Source: Octopus sinensis
Taxonomy: Eukaryota
Assembly (NCBI RefSeq): GCF_006345805.1
Contig: NC_042997.1
Span: forward strand, 146,196,001-146,260,000
Direction of reading: 5' to 3'
Length of the DNA stretch: 64,000 nt
Position numbers and translations under genes: made by a program. Each line of letters opens with the position of its first letter. The first letter of the stretch is position 1. The notes below the pieces were generated by a model that did no database searches, was not told where the DNA came from, and saw nothing but the letters and a program-made list of their open reading frames with translations. This document shows, piece by piece, positions 38,248 through 51,590 of the stretch.

Positions 38248-38934
38248 ACATAGCACAAAGTAAACCTCTATTTTCACATTTCTATTAATGGAAACTATAA
38301 TTTCCTAATTGGCTGGGATCTTTCTTATCATGTGAAGCACAACTGCAATTTTATATTGAAGCCTCAGTTATAGCAGGCATAAATTTGAAGTGATAGCTCT
38401 ATGGTAATATTTGCAGATGTTCCATTAATGAAGAATAGATTTTTTTTTTCCTTTTTCTTTGTCTTCAGCATTATGTTAACATTTATTATCTTCAGCATAA
38501 GGCCAGATGATTGTTTAATCATTATATTTTACATAATGCTGACGTTTGTTTCTTTTAACTTTGAAAACAAATTTCCACAATCATACTTATTTTTCTTTTC
38601 TCTATCTTAGGTCAGTATGCCCTAACTGTTGAATGTATAGATTACAAAGGTTTTAAAAGAATCAATCAATTACTTTCATGTTATACTTGAGATTATTTCC
38701 TACATCGCTATAATTTCTTATATTTTGTTCTTCAAGATTCTCTTTCCTAAATATTGCATTCTATAGTGTTTTGGGCCATTACATTATGTTTCATAAATAA
38801 ATAGTCTTGTGATAACATTTTCAAAACATCAGAGCTGGTTGAGAAAATTTGCGATTCTCTGAATGAAGACCGCCGTGTGTCTATAAAGACAATATGCACA
38901 TAGTTCTACATTAAAGAGATGAGGAATTATGTAC

Positions 38935-39092
38935 TTCATTTACATTATTTACATTTGACGGATATTTGTCCTCATCTTGTTTGTTGTTAACACAACGTTT
39001 CGGCTGATATACCCTCCAGCCTTCATCAAGTGTCTTAGGGGAATTTCGAACCTGAGTTCTCATTCCTAAGGAATTTTTCGGTTTTGTTGTTG

Positions 39093-39129
<37 letters not shown>

Positions 39130-39321
39130 TATTATTATTATCATTATTATTATTATTATTATTATTATCATTATTATTATTATTATTATTATTATCATCA
39201 TCATTATTCAGGTCACTGCCTGGAATCGAACTCGGAATCTTGGGGTTAGTAGCCCGCGCTCTTAACCACTACGCCATATGCCAAGGGCAAATGTAAATAT
39301 GTAAATAATGTAAATAATGAA
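38935..39321 (-). mobile_element. tRNA-headed SINE with (AAT)n linker, PLE-type hammerhead tail and inverted tail copy at its 5' junction
   Basis: Head at 39282-39208 with A box TGGCGTAGTGG and B box GAGTTCGATTCC; HHR at 38989-39034; tail 38935-38957 inverted at 39288-39321. Confidence 0.85.
38989..39034 (-). ncRNA. Minimal type I hammerhead motif (C3U in this copy)
   Basis: GACAC-TTGATGA-A-GGCTG(GAGGGTATAT)CAGCC-GAAA-CG-TT|GTGTT; palindromic ACGT helix III. Confidence 0.7.
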
Positions 39322-39547
39322 TATGCATACAGTTTGAAGTTAGTGTAGTAATTGTGCACAGAATTACTCATCAAAATCTGAATATGCGCAAAATTTGTGA
39401 AAAGTTTGTTCCGAGGGTTAGTCAATGACGAACAAAAGGAAAGACGTGTTGATAGCAGTCGGGAGCTGGTTGAGCTCATTGCCTCCTATTCAAGAGTACT
39501 TAAGTTTCTGATGACGAAAGCTGAATTTACTTTTTCAACTTAATAAA

Positions 39548-39655
39548 TGTATATTATTTACATTATTTACATTTGACGGATATTTGTCCTCATCTTGGTT
39601 CTGATTCCCAAGGTATTTTTCGATGTTGTTATTATTATCATCATTATTTTTATGA

Positions 39656-39710
<55 letters not shown>

Positions 39711-39721
39711 CATTATTATTA

Positions 39722-39774
<53 letters not shown>
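39548..39774 (-). mobile_element. Second copy of the 38.9-kb SINE tail with the hammerhead deleted; head absent where the Dong element abuts its (AAT)n
   Basis: ATTTACATTATTTACATTTGACGGATATTTGTCCTCATCTTG is joined directly to GTTCTGATTCCCAAGGTATTTTTCG. Confidence 0.8.
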
Positions 39775-42500
39775 GCCTTTGCACAGCTTCTAACGCTGGA
39801 GATGTACTACAGTGTCAGCTGTTCACTACCAGTGAACTAGGGTAACACCTCTTATTTTTCGAGCACCTTCCGGAGTATTCGAGCGGTTCCAAGCAGTGCT
39901 GTTTTCTGCAAGTGCTCTACCCTTATTGCAGCCCCTTTTTGTTCCACGTACTTCTCGAGATTTTTGCAGTCTGTTCCCAGGGCTCCGACAATTATTGGTA
40001 ATACTGCTACCTTTTTCATCGACCACAACTACTTAACTTCCCAAGCTAATCTTGTCATATCCCTCAACTTTTCTTTCTTCCTTATCACATACCTTGTTGT
40101 CAGCTGGGCATGCTATATCTATGATCCAGCATAGTTTGTTTTCTTTCTCAATTAAGTCTATGTTCGGCTTCCTATTCTCTATCTCATGGTCGCATTGAAT
40201 CATAAAATCCCATAGGATCTTTGCATTTCTATTTTCGACGATGCCTTCAGGTTTGTGGCCGTAACAATGTTTTGCTCTCTCAAATCCATATTTGTTGCAG
40301 AGTGTCCAATGGACAAGCCTGGCTATATTGTCGTGGCGTTTCTTATATTCCTTCTGGGCTTGTGGCGTATATTGGCTGGTAATATGCCATACGGTCTCAC
40401 CGTTTTGTCCACAGATTCTGTACTTATCACTTTCTGCTGTGTTGTCTATTCTATATTTTATGTAGTTTCCTCTTCGTGCTTGCTCTTGGGCAGCACAGTG
40501 TAGAGCCTCCGTTACCGGTTTAAAATCACTTTTAGTCATCCACAGCCATTTTTTCTCAGTCTGTTTTATCTTCAACATCCCTATGAAATTGACAATGCAT
40601 TCTTTTCTTTACCCACCTATTTTCAGTTTCATCGTTTTCAGTTTTTTGTATATTGCAATCTTTCATCCTACACATGCCTGACCTTCCTACTTCTAATAAT
40701 AGCGGTTCTGTGGCATTTTTTTACATACCATGCTATGGTAAATGGTAAATGCTTAAATGCTGTGTTCGCATCCAGTAAGTCCTCTTCCCCTTCTTTTTCT
40801 TGGTACATACAGTCTGTCTGTGTCACTATTTTTAGTGACCCATATCTAGTTAGCAACTTCCTTGTCTTTCTGTCTAAGCTGTTTAGTTCGTCTGCTGTCC
40901 ATGAGATTACCTCTGCACCACATCTAAGGAGTGAAACCGCCCAGGTGTTGAAAGCTTCGATCTTATTCCGTCTATTTAATTTCGACTTAAGGATCAGTCA
41001 CAGTCCGCGCAATTACTTCACCTTTAATTTTTCTGTCATTTCTTTTTCCATCAATTTATCCATTTACATTTTCCCCAATTACTTATAGCCCGTCTCTTCT
41101 ATGTGCTTCATAATCTCCGTCGACGGTATCGTTAGTCCGTCCATACATTTGATTTTGCTTCTCTTCAAGTCTAACACACCACACTTTCTCAGTCCGAACT
41201 CCATTCTGATATCAGCACTGAAGGTATATACTGTATCAACGAGGGGACTGACTTGGGCTTCATCTTTACCATAAAGTTGGAGGCCATCCATGAATAACAC
41301 TTTTTGCTGGTGGCTTTTGAATACATACCTAGCTTTTGCTTTCCTCAGAATCAGTGTTAGTGATATCAAACACAGTATAAATATCAATGGGGATACGCTG
41401 TCCTCTTGGAAGATGCCCCTCCTAATTTCTACAGTCCCTAAACTTCATCCGTATGCTGTCCGGTCCGTCCTCCAATTCGCCATACTTTTTCCAAGCAATC
41501 GCTCAACATTCGATGCAATACCAAATAGGTTCATGCACTCCATAATCCAAGAATGTGGGATCATATCGTACGCCTTACGATAGTCGATCCATGACATGGC
41601 TAAGTTAGTTTACCTCCTCTTCCAGTCTCTAAGTACATTTTTGTCTATCAGGATTTGATACTTAGTACCTCTGCACTTATGCTTGCAACCCTTCTGCTCA
41701 TGTGGCAGGACTCCATTTTTTTCCAGATGTTCGTACATTGAGTATTCCAGTCAATAACTTCCACATAAGTGGCAGACAGGATATCGGCCTATAATTGTCT
41801 ACCGTATTGCCTTTTTCGATGTTTTTCACAGCACTGTCCTACCCACTCTGGTGTTCCTTGGTCGGCATTTAACAAGGTGTTGAGTTGTGCAGCTATTCGT
41901 GCATGGCATTCACCAAATCTTTTGATCCAGTAACCTTGAACTCTATCTGTTCCGGGGCTTTCCAGTTGCTCATCTTTTTATTTTTTTGGCTGATTTCCTT
42001 CACTTCCTTAACTGAAATGTCTAGTTCTGCCTGTTTTGGACAGACTACTGTTTGTTTCAGTTCTTGCAACCATTCAGCATCCTTCCTGTGCTCCTTGTCT
42101 TTGCTCCAGATGTCACTCCAAAACCTTTGACTTTCAGCACCCTGTATTTTTGTTCGCTTTTAAGCTCCCCTTTCACTTTTCGGTCTAACACAGAAATTTC
42201 CTTCGAGAACATGTCTAACCCTGCCTGGATTCTTCTTTTCCACCATGGATCTTTTCTTTTGTCACTCCCATTATGTTTCGTTTTCATGACATCAACACCT
42301 ACGTTTTCTGCTACAACAATACTTGCTGCCTTGATTAAATTATTTGTTTCCTTGGTGTTGTTTGTTCTGATGTATTTCAGAATTTCATTGACGTCTTTCG
42401 TCTCTTGATTCAATTTCCATAAATGTTGCTATCGTTCTCTTATAGTCTCGCCTTTATTCTGTCGTAGATTGCCATTTGTTCATTTGTCATGTCGCCATTA
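39775..42500 (-). mobile_element. R4/Dong-clade non-LTR retrotransposon, 5'-truncated and degenerate, 3' end in (AAT)n
   Basis: DPWWKRRIQ; [13 protein letters not shown]; WIDYRKAYDMIPHSW; GIFQEDSVSP; LFMDGLQLYG; CRIC-like knuckle...EYKKRHD; RKPNIDL...IIDIACP; C-terminal LGTARILRKVLEK*. Confidence 0.92.
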
Positions 42501-42566
42501 GTTTTATTGACTTATTTTAGAAGACAATAATGGTATATACATATATATATATACACGTACACACAC

Positions 42567-42772
42567 ACGAATGGGTGCTGAAAAGAACCTGACATTAAGG
42601 GTATCGCAAAAGATCTTGTTAGGGGCCCAACCTTCCGAGTTCTTTTACAAGGCTTAGAAAGACTAAAGGACCGTGAATCTGAGAGGGGAATATATTGAAT
42701 AAAATCATAAGTAACGGATCCTCTTGTATTTTCTTTTACCCAAAGCCGGGAATTTTTCAGTACGCCCTCATA
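42567..42772. mobile_element. Mariner-derived MITE
   Basis: Imperfect TIRs (ACGAATGGGTGCTGAAAAG / TTTTTCAGTACGCCCTCATA); homolog of 38041-38247. Confidence 0.75.
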
Positions 42773-42780
42773 TATATGCC

Positions 42781-42870
<90 letters not shown>

Positions 42871-43084
42871 TATGTATGTATGTATGTATGTATGTATGTA
42901 TGTATGTATGTATGTATGTGTGTATGTATGTATGTATGTATGTATACGTGGAACCATTTAACACTAGGTTCTCTCCTGATTCTGATTTCGTACCATTATA
43001 TTACTGATATTTAACCTATTTTGACAAAAAAAGCTAAACCCCGAAACCCCGTCATTTTGGAGCCAGTAATCTTTTTGGGAAAGT

Positions 43085-43160
43085 AATTAACACCGGAACT
43101 AATTAACACAGCAACTAATTAGCACAGAAACTAATCTGTGCAGGAACTAATTTAGCACAG
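43085..43160. repeat. Degenerate tandem repeat of about 15 bp (AACTAATTAGCACAG)
   Basis: About five units read directly. Confidence 0.7.
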
Positions 43161-43460
43161 TTCTTTTATTTTAGGTTAGGAATTTCAAACGTATTTCGCT
43201 TGATTCAATATAGACAAAAGATAGGATGACGTTATAGTTTCTTTAGTTGTTTTTCAACACACCACAGTGTTAAGTACTTTTAGCACTTGTTTCATAATAT
43301 TTTAAAATGAAATAAGAAGCATTGATTTTAAATCTGAAACGTGACTTTAAACATCTGGTAAGTGTTTTTTTTTCTTATTTTTATTTTTAAAGATCGTTTG
43401 TTTTATAAGTTTGTCTTATTTTTATATTTTATTCCTGCAGTTGTTTATTTATTTATCTAT

Positions 43461-43503
<43 letters not shown>

Positions 43504-43752
43504 TCCTGTTGGAAAGAAACTATCGGAGCTGATTTTTTCCGATATGTATAAATGTATGTATGTATGTATGAGTTTGTCTATGTATGTATGTATGTATGTA
43601 TGTATGTATGTATGTATGTATGTATGTATGTATGTATGTATGTATGTATGTATGTATGTATGTATGTACGTATGTATGCATGTACGTATGTATGTATGTT
43701 CGTATGTATGTACCTATCTAGCAACAGCTCTCTCTTTCTCTCTCTTTTTCTG

Positions 43753-43912
<160 letters not shown>

Positions 43913-43993
43913 TATATATATGTGTGTGTGTGTATGTATGTGTGTATATATAGATATATCTGCATGCATATATATATTTATATTTATATATAT

Positions 43994-44024
<31 letters not shown>

Positions 44025-44848
44025 ATGTATGTATGTATGTATGTATGTATGTATGTATGTATGTATAATAAATCGTTGTTTCTGTTGAGCTTTAATCAAT
44101 TTATGCTGTGAACGATAGAATCCAATAAGTTCTTTTGTCAGACTTTAATCAGCAAATTGTTTGATATTGTTTGATTTTGTAAGAATCAGGTGAAAAGTTT
44201 ACATGTACGTATACATTACAGCCTATCCTTTCGTAATGCGCACGCGCTCGTATGCATACACACACAAACACATACACACTTACACATACACACATACACC
44301 CACAGATACATCTGAAGGAGCCAACACATTATAATTCAACCTGCGTGAAATGGCAACCAAATCCTCCTCAAATTGCATCCTGTCATCTTTAATATAGAGA
44401 CTAAATATCAAATAATGTCTTCTAATTTAGGCACAAGGCCAGCAATGTTGAGGGGAGGGTTTGGTCGATATCATCGATCCCACTATTTGACTGAGGCTTT
44501 ATTTCACTGACCCCGAAAGGAAGAACGGTTTAAGTTAACCATTGTTTGTTCGAACGCAGAGTATGAAAACCTGAAACATCTGCCACAAACAATTTTTCTT
44601 CGATGTTGTAATGATTCTGCCATGTAGGCCTAAAAGAATGTATGATCAAAGTTGGAATGATCTTGATCACATGTCTGCCTGATCAATGTCGGCTGAGGGT
44701 TACACAGTAAAAACCACGTATACGCATTCGTTCACACTCTACGAACTGTAACACCTCGGTCAAATTTAGATGTTTGAAATGCAAAAGTAATAAACATCGT
44801 GTTTGTATTATCATTCAAAGTGAACAATAGTTGGGGACCAAATCAACA

Positions 44849-45205
44849 TTATAACCTCCGCCTTAGTGAAGGCGGAAGTATTGTTTTCAGTCGCGTTTGT
44901 TTGTTTGTTTGTCCGTTGACAAGATATCTCAAGAACCGCTGGATGGATTCGGTGAAACTTTCAGGGATGTTGGCCTTGTGACTCACGAACTGATTAGATT
45001 TTGGGACAAGAATTCTGGATTATTTCTCCAGGATTTTTTAAACTTTATTTTTGAGAGTCGTCGGGTTCATTTTTAGTATTCTCGTTTGTGAGTGCAATCG
45101 AGTTTATTTCAGATATTCTCATTTCAAAAATCATCTCTGGCTAATCGTTGCGAGGACGTTGGTGTTGCCCTGGCGGAGGTTTGCGCTCTCTGAGTGCTTC
45201 TGCTT
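44849..45205 (+). mobile_element. Helentron-associated interspersed element (HINE/DINE-1-like)
   Basis: Sub-terminal IR AACCTCCGCC (44853-44862) / GGCGGAGGTT (45172-45181); 5' short IR partner GGCGGAAGT; (GTTT)n tract; 3' stem-loop GCGCTC-TCT-GAGTGC. Confidence 0.85.
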
Positions 45206-46722
45206 ATCGTTAATTCCAAATTATAAATTTGTTTCCAATTTTCGCGGGTCCAATACAAACACCAACTTGGTGCCTGGTACGAATAAGACCACGAAAACCT
45301 GCAATACGAAAACAGTTTGAAAAAATAACCATAGCACTTCGTCCTCTCGCGGGTTAACAAGGGGAGCATGCTGAATTTAAGAAGAGGTGTCTGTTTGAAA
45401 AATATATTGCCGTTTCCACCCAAAAACCGGTACAGCTAGCAATAAGCTTTCGCCTTATTCTGGGTGTCATGGGGTGAGAGTACAAAGAATGCCTGTCCCA
45501 GGACCCTGAAGTAGGTCAAAGAGAGGACAACTGTTAGTAATTGGGAATGGAAAGTATAATTACGGTTGCTTCTGATAGGATCCTGTGGAGGAGGTGCTTG
45601 GGGACACTATGTTCAAAATCCTCTCCAGAATAGTGGATACAATTCCATGGGTGGATGGATTCTAATTTTTCATGCGTAAGCAATATTCACATTATTATTT
45701 AAACCTACTCCGGAGTTTTCAAATCTATCACTTTATATATTTATTTTATTGAACTACTGCCTTTGTCAACCTCTGTAGAATCTGTTTTCGTCTTATTTTT
45801 AAATCTTAATCATTTGTTGACATTAATCCTAAGATTATTATTTTCAACTCATTTAGATATTTGCAATTTCAAACGACGGATTAAATTAGTGTAAATTTTT
45901 TCCCGGTAACAACTATTGTTTGGTGTCTTGCAGAAATTGTTTTCTTTTTGTTTTGAAATCTTAATCATTTTTGAACTTATTTAACCGTATTTTCAAACGG
46001 CGGATTAAATAGTTACAAATTCAATCTGATGACTTCGATTGAACTTGTCAAAATTAAGCGCATTTGAACCATACTAAGACACTTCATCTAGCCAAATGAC
46101 TGTCATAACCGCAGAAACCATAAACTAAAATTATCTAATCTAAATAATAATGTTACTAAGTAACATGAGAGTGAAAACAATGTTTATTGAGTGATATAAG
46201 TTAAAGATGCTAAAGATCCAAAATTATAAACGAAAACGCGTTGCTGTAAGTGAAGTTCGAAAATAAAGAGAAATGACAAAAAAAAAAAAATACATATTGA
46301 TTATATTTATTTGTTTCAGTCACTGGACTATGGCCATGGTGGGGCACCGCCTTAAAAGGTTCGGTCGAGCAAATCGACTCCAAAACTTATTTTTGAGCTT
46401 GGTATTATTTTATCAAGGCGGAGAGCTGACAGAATCGTAAATACGATGAACTGAATGTTCAGCATCATTTCTTCCGGTTGTTTACATTCCGAGTTCAAAT
46501 ACCATCAAGGTAAACTTTGCTTTTCAGCCTTTCCTGATCCGTAAAATAATGTGCCTGTCAGGTACACTTTTCTCCATGTGATCGGCTTGATGAATTGTTA
46601 ATACACTAGGATATATTCCTACTTTTCTTAACATGAAACCAATGGTAGCCTTAATTCAGAAATAAAGAAATTATATCCACCTATGTGGTGTTGAGCACTC
46701 ATTTTCCTCGTTCGACATTTAC

Positions 46723-46766
<44 letters not shown>

Positions 46767-46773
46767 TATATAT

Positions 46774-47079
46774 ATCACGTGATCACGTGACCGACCAGAC
46801 CATCAGATGTTGTTACACATCGCTGGTCACAATGCGTTCGCATTGTTTTAGCCTCCGAATGACGCCACCCCGCTGGCTAAGCGAGCAGGCCAACAGAAGA
46901 AAGAGTGGGAGAAAGAGTGGTGAAAGAGTACAGCAGGGATCACCACCCCCTGCCGGAGCTCGTGGAGCTTTTAGGTGTTTTTGCTCAATAAACTCTCACA
47001 ACGCCCGGTCTGGGAATCGAAACCGCGATCCTACGACCGCGAGTGCGCTGCCCTAACCACTAGGCCATTGCGCCTCCAC
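46774..47079 (-). mobile_element. tRNA-derived SINE (OR-like), near-intact
   Basis: Head TGGCCTAGTGGTTAGGGCAGCG...GGTTTCGATTCCCAG. Confidence 0.88.
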
Positions 47080-47091
47080 ACACACACACAC

Positions 47092-47178
<87 letters not shown>

Positions 47179-47669
47179 ATATATATGTATATTAAGCTGC
47201 ATCTTTTAAAGCTTTATACAAACACAAGTCGATATTAAGAGCTGACAACTTACCCATAATTACTAAAGCGTAAATTACAACAGAAGTTTCTCAGAATTCA
47301 ACTGAAGTGTCAGTAATTGTGATTTACAGACAGAACTTTCTACAAATTAATTACCTTCTTTGTCCATTTAGACGGATATTTAGTTAATTATTTAATCTCA
47401 GATTAGCCCTGGCCGAGCAGAGCTATGATCAGTGATACGCACTATAAACCACGTCGCTATTAGACAGTAATGTGTGATTTCAAACAAATTTAGCTGCTAT
47501 TTTTAGCATATGGAGTGTCCAATAGATGATATAGTGTTGGCCACGGTTGTTTTTCTAGTAATAGATGCTGATGCATATGTAATGCGTAGCACATGGGTGA
47601 GCAAGTTTTATTGGTAAATATAAGTTTGTGAAACTATGAGGTAAATATATGTATAATAACTATACTACT

Positions 47670-47985
47670 TCGGGTAACACTGGCACTCCGTCGCTTGCGA
47701 CGACGAGGATTTCAGTTGATTCGTTCTGCGGAATATCCTGCTCGTGGAATTTACTTTTAATTCGCTGAGCACTCCACAGATAAGAATACCCCTCGAGGAG
47801 ATTCAGCGTAAGACAGAATATAACAAGTCTATCCCTTGAATTATCAGTCATTTTCTCCCGCTGAATGGAATGGAGCAACGTGAAATAAAGTGTGTTGCTC
47901 AAGGACACAACGCGCTGCCGGGAATCGAACTCATGACCTTACGATTGCGATCCGAATATCCCTAACTACTAAGCCACACGCCTTC
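47670..47985 (-). mobile_element. tRNA-derived SINE
   Basis: Homologous to 13815-14118. Confidence 0.82.
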
Positions 47986-49179
47986 GCTTGTTTAGGTATG
48001 TGAACTTTGAAATGTACATTTACCTTGAAAACTGATTGTCTCAGAGCCTGTTCAGATTTGAAGTATATACTGGCTCTGAAGAAAAAGTGTGGCCTTTAGG
48101 ATGCATCTAAGACATTGTTATAAGTATGTGGCCGTTATGAAGGCAAGCTATCGTGAAGATTGGTATTGCGAAAATTCTATGAATGTTTTTCTAACAAAGC
48201 TCTCTTCGTAACCACGTAATTCCGTGGTTTGCATTCAGTCATACAGAATGGAACCTTGGGACAGGTGCCTTCTACAATAGCCCCAAGCCATAGACAGAAA
48301 CTGTGTGGAAACCACTTGTCACATGTGTGTGTGCTGTGCTTGTGTGTTTGCGCGTGTATATGTGTCTTTGTGTTTGTGCTTGCCTCCCATGCCATTTGAT
48401 AACTGGTGTTAATTCGTCTACGTTCCTGTAACATTAGTGGTTCGGCAAAAGAGACCGATAAAATAAGTACCAGACTTGAACCCTTCAAGTTGGTGTCTCA
48501 TCATGGTCGCAGTCCAATGAATGAAACAACTAATAGATAGAAGACAAATTATACTTTTTTTTTCCTTTTTTTGTAATGTAGGATTAGGGTTATGTTCAGA
48601 TTTGAAGGATCTATTTAATTTTCTCTATATTGCCATTTTCCTCCAAGGATATTAGATCTGCATTTAGGTAAATATACATAACTACTTTACTGTTTGTCTG
48701 TTTCTGTTTTCTTTCGTGCATTTCTATGTTGACATTTCTCTTGCAATCGATTATTGGTGTTTGCATTCGTGTTTACAATATAACATAAGCATACGTTGAG
48801 CGCATGTGATTTGTTTGCCATGAATCTAAATCGATATCTCGGTCGTGTGAGAAATTTCTGCTTGCTTCAAAGGCTCACGTTGACATATTTTCGTAGATTA
48901 TTTTAAAATATATTATAGAGGAAATGAAACGGTACCCACTCTTTCTGAGAGCCATGTTATACTAGAGGGATCAATAATTTTTAGTTTGACACGAAAACTG
49001 CTGAGCCAAGAATTTCAAGATTGATAGGTTTGGCAGATTTATCTTTGTTTGTCTTTTATTTGTTTCTATGTTCCATTGCTGCTTTTTGCCGAATCGCTAA
49101 GTTACGAGAAGATAAAGAAACCAATAATGGTTATCAAATTGTGGGAAGGACGAACACAATGACACACACACACACAAAC

Positions 49180-49210
<31 letters not shown>

Positions 49211-49302
49211 TGTATGTATGCAAGTATGTATGTATGTATTTATGTATGCGCACGCGTCTGTGTGTATATACATATATATATATTATATATATATATATTA
49301 TA

Positions 49303-49345
<43 letters not shown>

Positions 49346-49889
49346 ATATATGTATAAATATATATATACATATACATATATATATTCTTTTATTTGTTTC
49401 AGCTATGGTGCTGTGGTCATGCTTGAGCATCACCGTGGATTAATATTGCCCCCGCTTCTTCTCAATTCCCCGCGTGAAAGACGGGGATATTTACCACTTC
49501 ACTACCGAGAAAGCAAAGATGGATGGATGGATGGATGGATGGATAGATTATGTGTGCATGTATATATTGTGTATATATACACAGGACGGGCATTCACGCA
49601 GTTTTCGACTCCCAAATCCTCTCACAAGGCATTGGTCAGTCCGGGTCTATAGAAGACACTTACTCAAGATGCTGTGCATTGGAACTGAACTCGAAACAAC
49701 GTGGTTACAAAGCTAATTACTTAACCACACACCCATTCCTGCTCTTTGTTTAAGTTTCTGGTAAGATTTTTATAGTAGACGTTTTTATATAATTCTGATG
49801 TCAAATATAACAACTTGAAAATAAGAGCTATTGGACACGTGTTGGCGGAATCAATGATTTCTGGACTTATTGGAAATGCAACACAAAAT

Positions 49890-50462
49890 TTGTTCCGGTT
49901 CTTTCCATTCCGAGTTCAAGTACTGCTGAAATAAACTTCGCCTTTCGTTTTTTTAGGGATTATCTAATAAAGTACAAAGTCAGTATTGAGACCCATGTAA
50001 TCAACTAGACCCACCCCCTTGCAAACTTTCAGGTTTTATGCCTACAGGAGAAACAGTTAAAAGGTGGAAAATTGGTAAATTCGTTCGAACGTCGCACAAA
50101 ATTCCTTGTACATCCTGAGTTCAAGACCAACCGAGGTCAATTTTGTTTTTCATCTTTTCAATAAAGTAAGGTGCCAAGACGGCGAGCTGGTAGAATTCTT
50201 ACCGCATCGGACAAAATGTTTAGCGGTATTTCTTCCGACTTAACATTCAAAGTTCAAATATTGCCGGGGTCGACTTTGCCTCTCATCCTCTCGATGTCGG
50301 CAAAATAAGTATCAGTTAACCACTGATTTCGATATAATCGAGTTGGCCGTCTCTCCTCCCAAAATCACTTCCTTGTGTCTAAATAAAAACTCATGGAGTG
50401 GAGGCGAGTTGACAAAAGTATTAGAGCGTGTGGAAATATATATATATATATATATATAATAT

Positions 50463-50505
<43 letters not shown>

Positions 50506-50900
50506 CAGTGTTTATTTCAGCTCCTTATGTTTCAAGATCAAATCAGGCCACTGTAAACTTTACCATGCAGCCTTTCGGACTCGATAAAATAAAGTACCAG
50601 CCAATCACTAGAGCCGCTGGTATCGACTAACCCACTTTCCGCAAAACTACTGGCTTTGCGCTTAAATCAGAAACCATTATTATTATCATTGAGCTAGCAC
50701 AATCATTAGCGCGCCAGGCGAAATGCTAAGCAGCATTTCGTCTGTTCTTACGTTCTGAGTTCAAGTTCCGCCGAGGTCGACTTTGCCTTTCATCTTTTCG
50801 GGATCGATAATTTAAGTACCAGTGGAATACTAATGTCAATGTAATCGACTTAACCCAACCCTTAAAATGTCAGGCTTTGTGCCTATAGTAGAAATGATTA
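49890..50900 (+). mobile_element. Cluster of at least five diverged head-to-tail SINE copies
   Basis: Repeated GAGTTCAA...CCGAGGTCGACTTTGCCTTTCATC motifs at about 49915, 50120, 50275, 50530 and 50760. Confidence 0.8.
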
Positions 50901-50920
50901 TTATTATTATCATTATTATT

Positions 50921-51487
50921 GAAGACGTCTAGCAGTATCCAATATTGTGACGTTGTGGATTGAAGATATTGTACCGAGGGTTTGCATACTCTGTCAATCA
51001 CAGCAAGGACCTCGGACAGACAGTAATCTACACAGTATGCTTGCAGTTCCAAGAAAAGCCGGTTTTTTGCAAGACACCAAGATTGTAGGGTATTTCTAAA
51101 GTGTCCAGATGTTTTTTTAGGTTGGGTGGTATTGAACCCAATGCTCTAAACTCTTGCGGCTGCCACATCTTGGCGATCTCAATTCTCAGGTCTTCTTATT
51201 TGTCGACCTTATCTGTTTCTCTCAAGATAATATGTTGATTTACTGGCACTGTCACGTCAAATATACCCTTTCTGTGCAAGACTTTCACAAGCACTAACAA
51301 TGTGAGTCACATTTTCGACCTTCTTTCCACACATTGGTTCGTTGAACTTGTGTGGTATATATCCCTTTTCATTGAGATATGAGGTCATCACATCACTTGA
51401 CAAGGGCGATAGCAGGCTGCTCTGACTCACACAAATACAACTACTACAACATCAACAACACAGGAAGCAACAATAACGGCAGCGATA

Positions 51488-51490
<3 letters not shown>
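50921..51490 (-). mobile_element. Short internally deleted R4/Dong derivative (zinc knuckle fused to endonuclease C-terminus), 3' end in (AAT)n
   Basis: CGKKVENVTHIVSACESLAQK | DVTVPVNQHI...KVDK*EDLRIEIAKMWQ...ALGSIPPNLKKHL. Confidence 0.8.
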
Positions 51491-51528
<38 letters not shown>

Positions 51529-51590
51529 CACTACTACTACTGCTGCTGCTGCTGCTGTTATAATTATTATTACCATTATTATCATTATCA

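Larger units (their letters stand above)
38830..39490 (+). mobile_element. Mariner transposase remnant split by a SINE insertion
   Basis: LNEDRRVSIK [insert] VHRITHQNLNMRKICEKFVPR...DEQKERRV; near-duplicated AATATGCA.A.AGTT at 38891-38905 and 39320-39334. Confidence 0.7.

Noticed and set aside
46026-46060. TTCAAT-CTGATGA-CTTCG-ATTGAA as a hammerhead
   Set aside because: Core heptamer sits in a simple hairpin loop; no helix II/GAAA.
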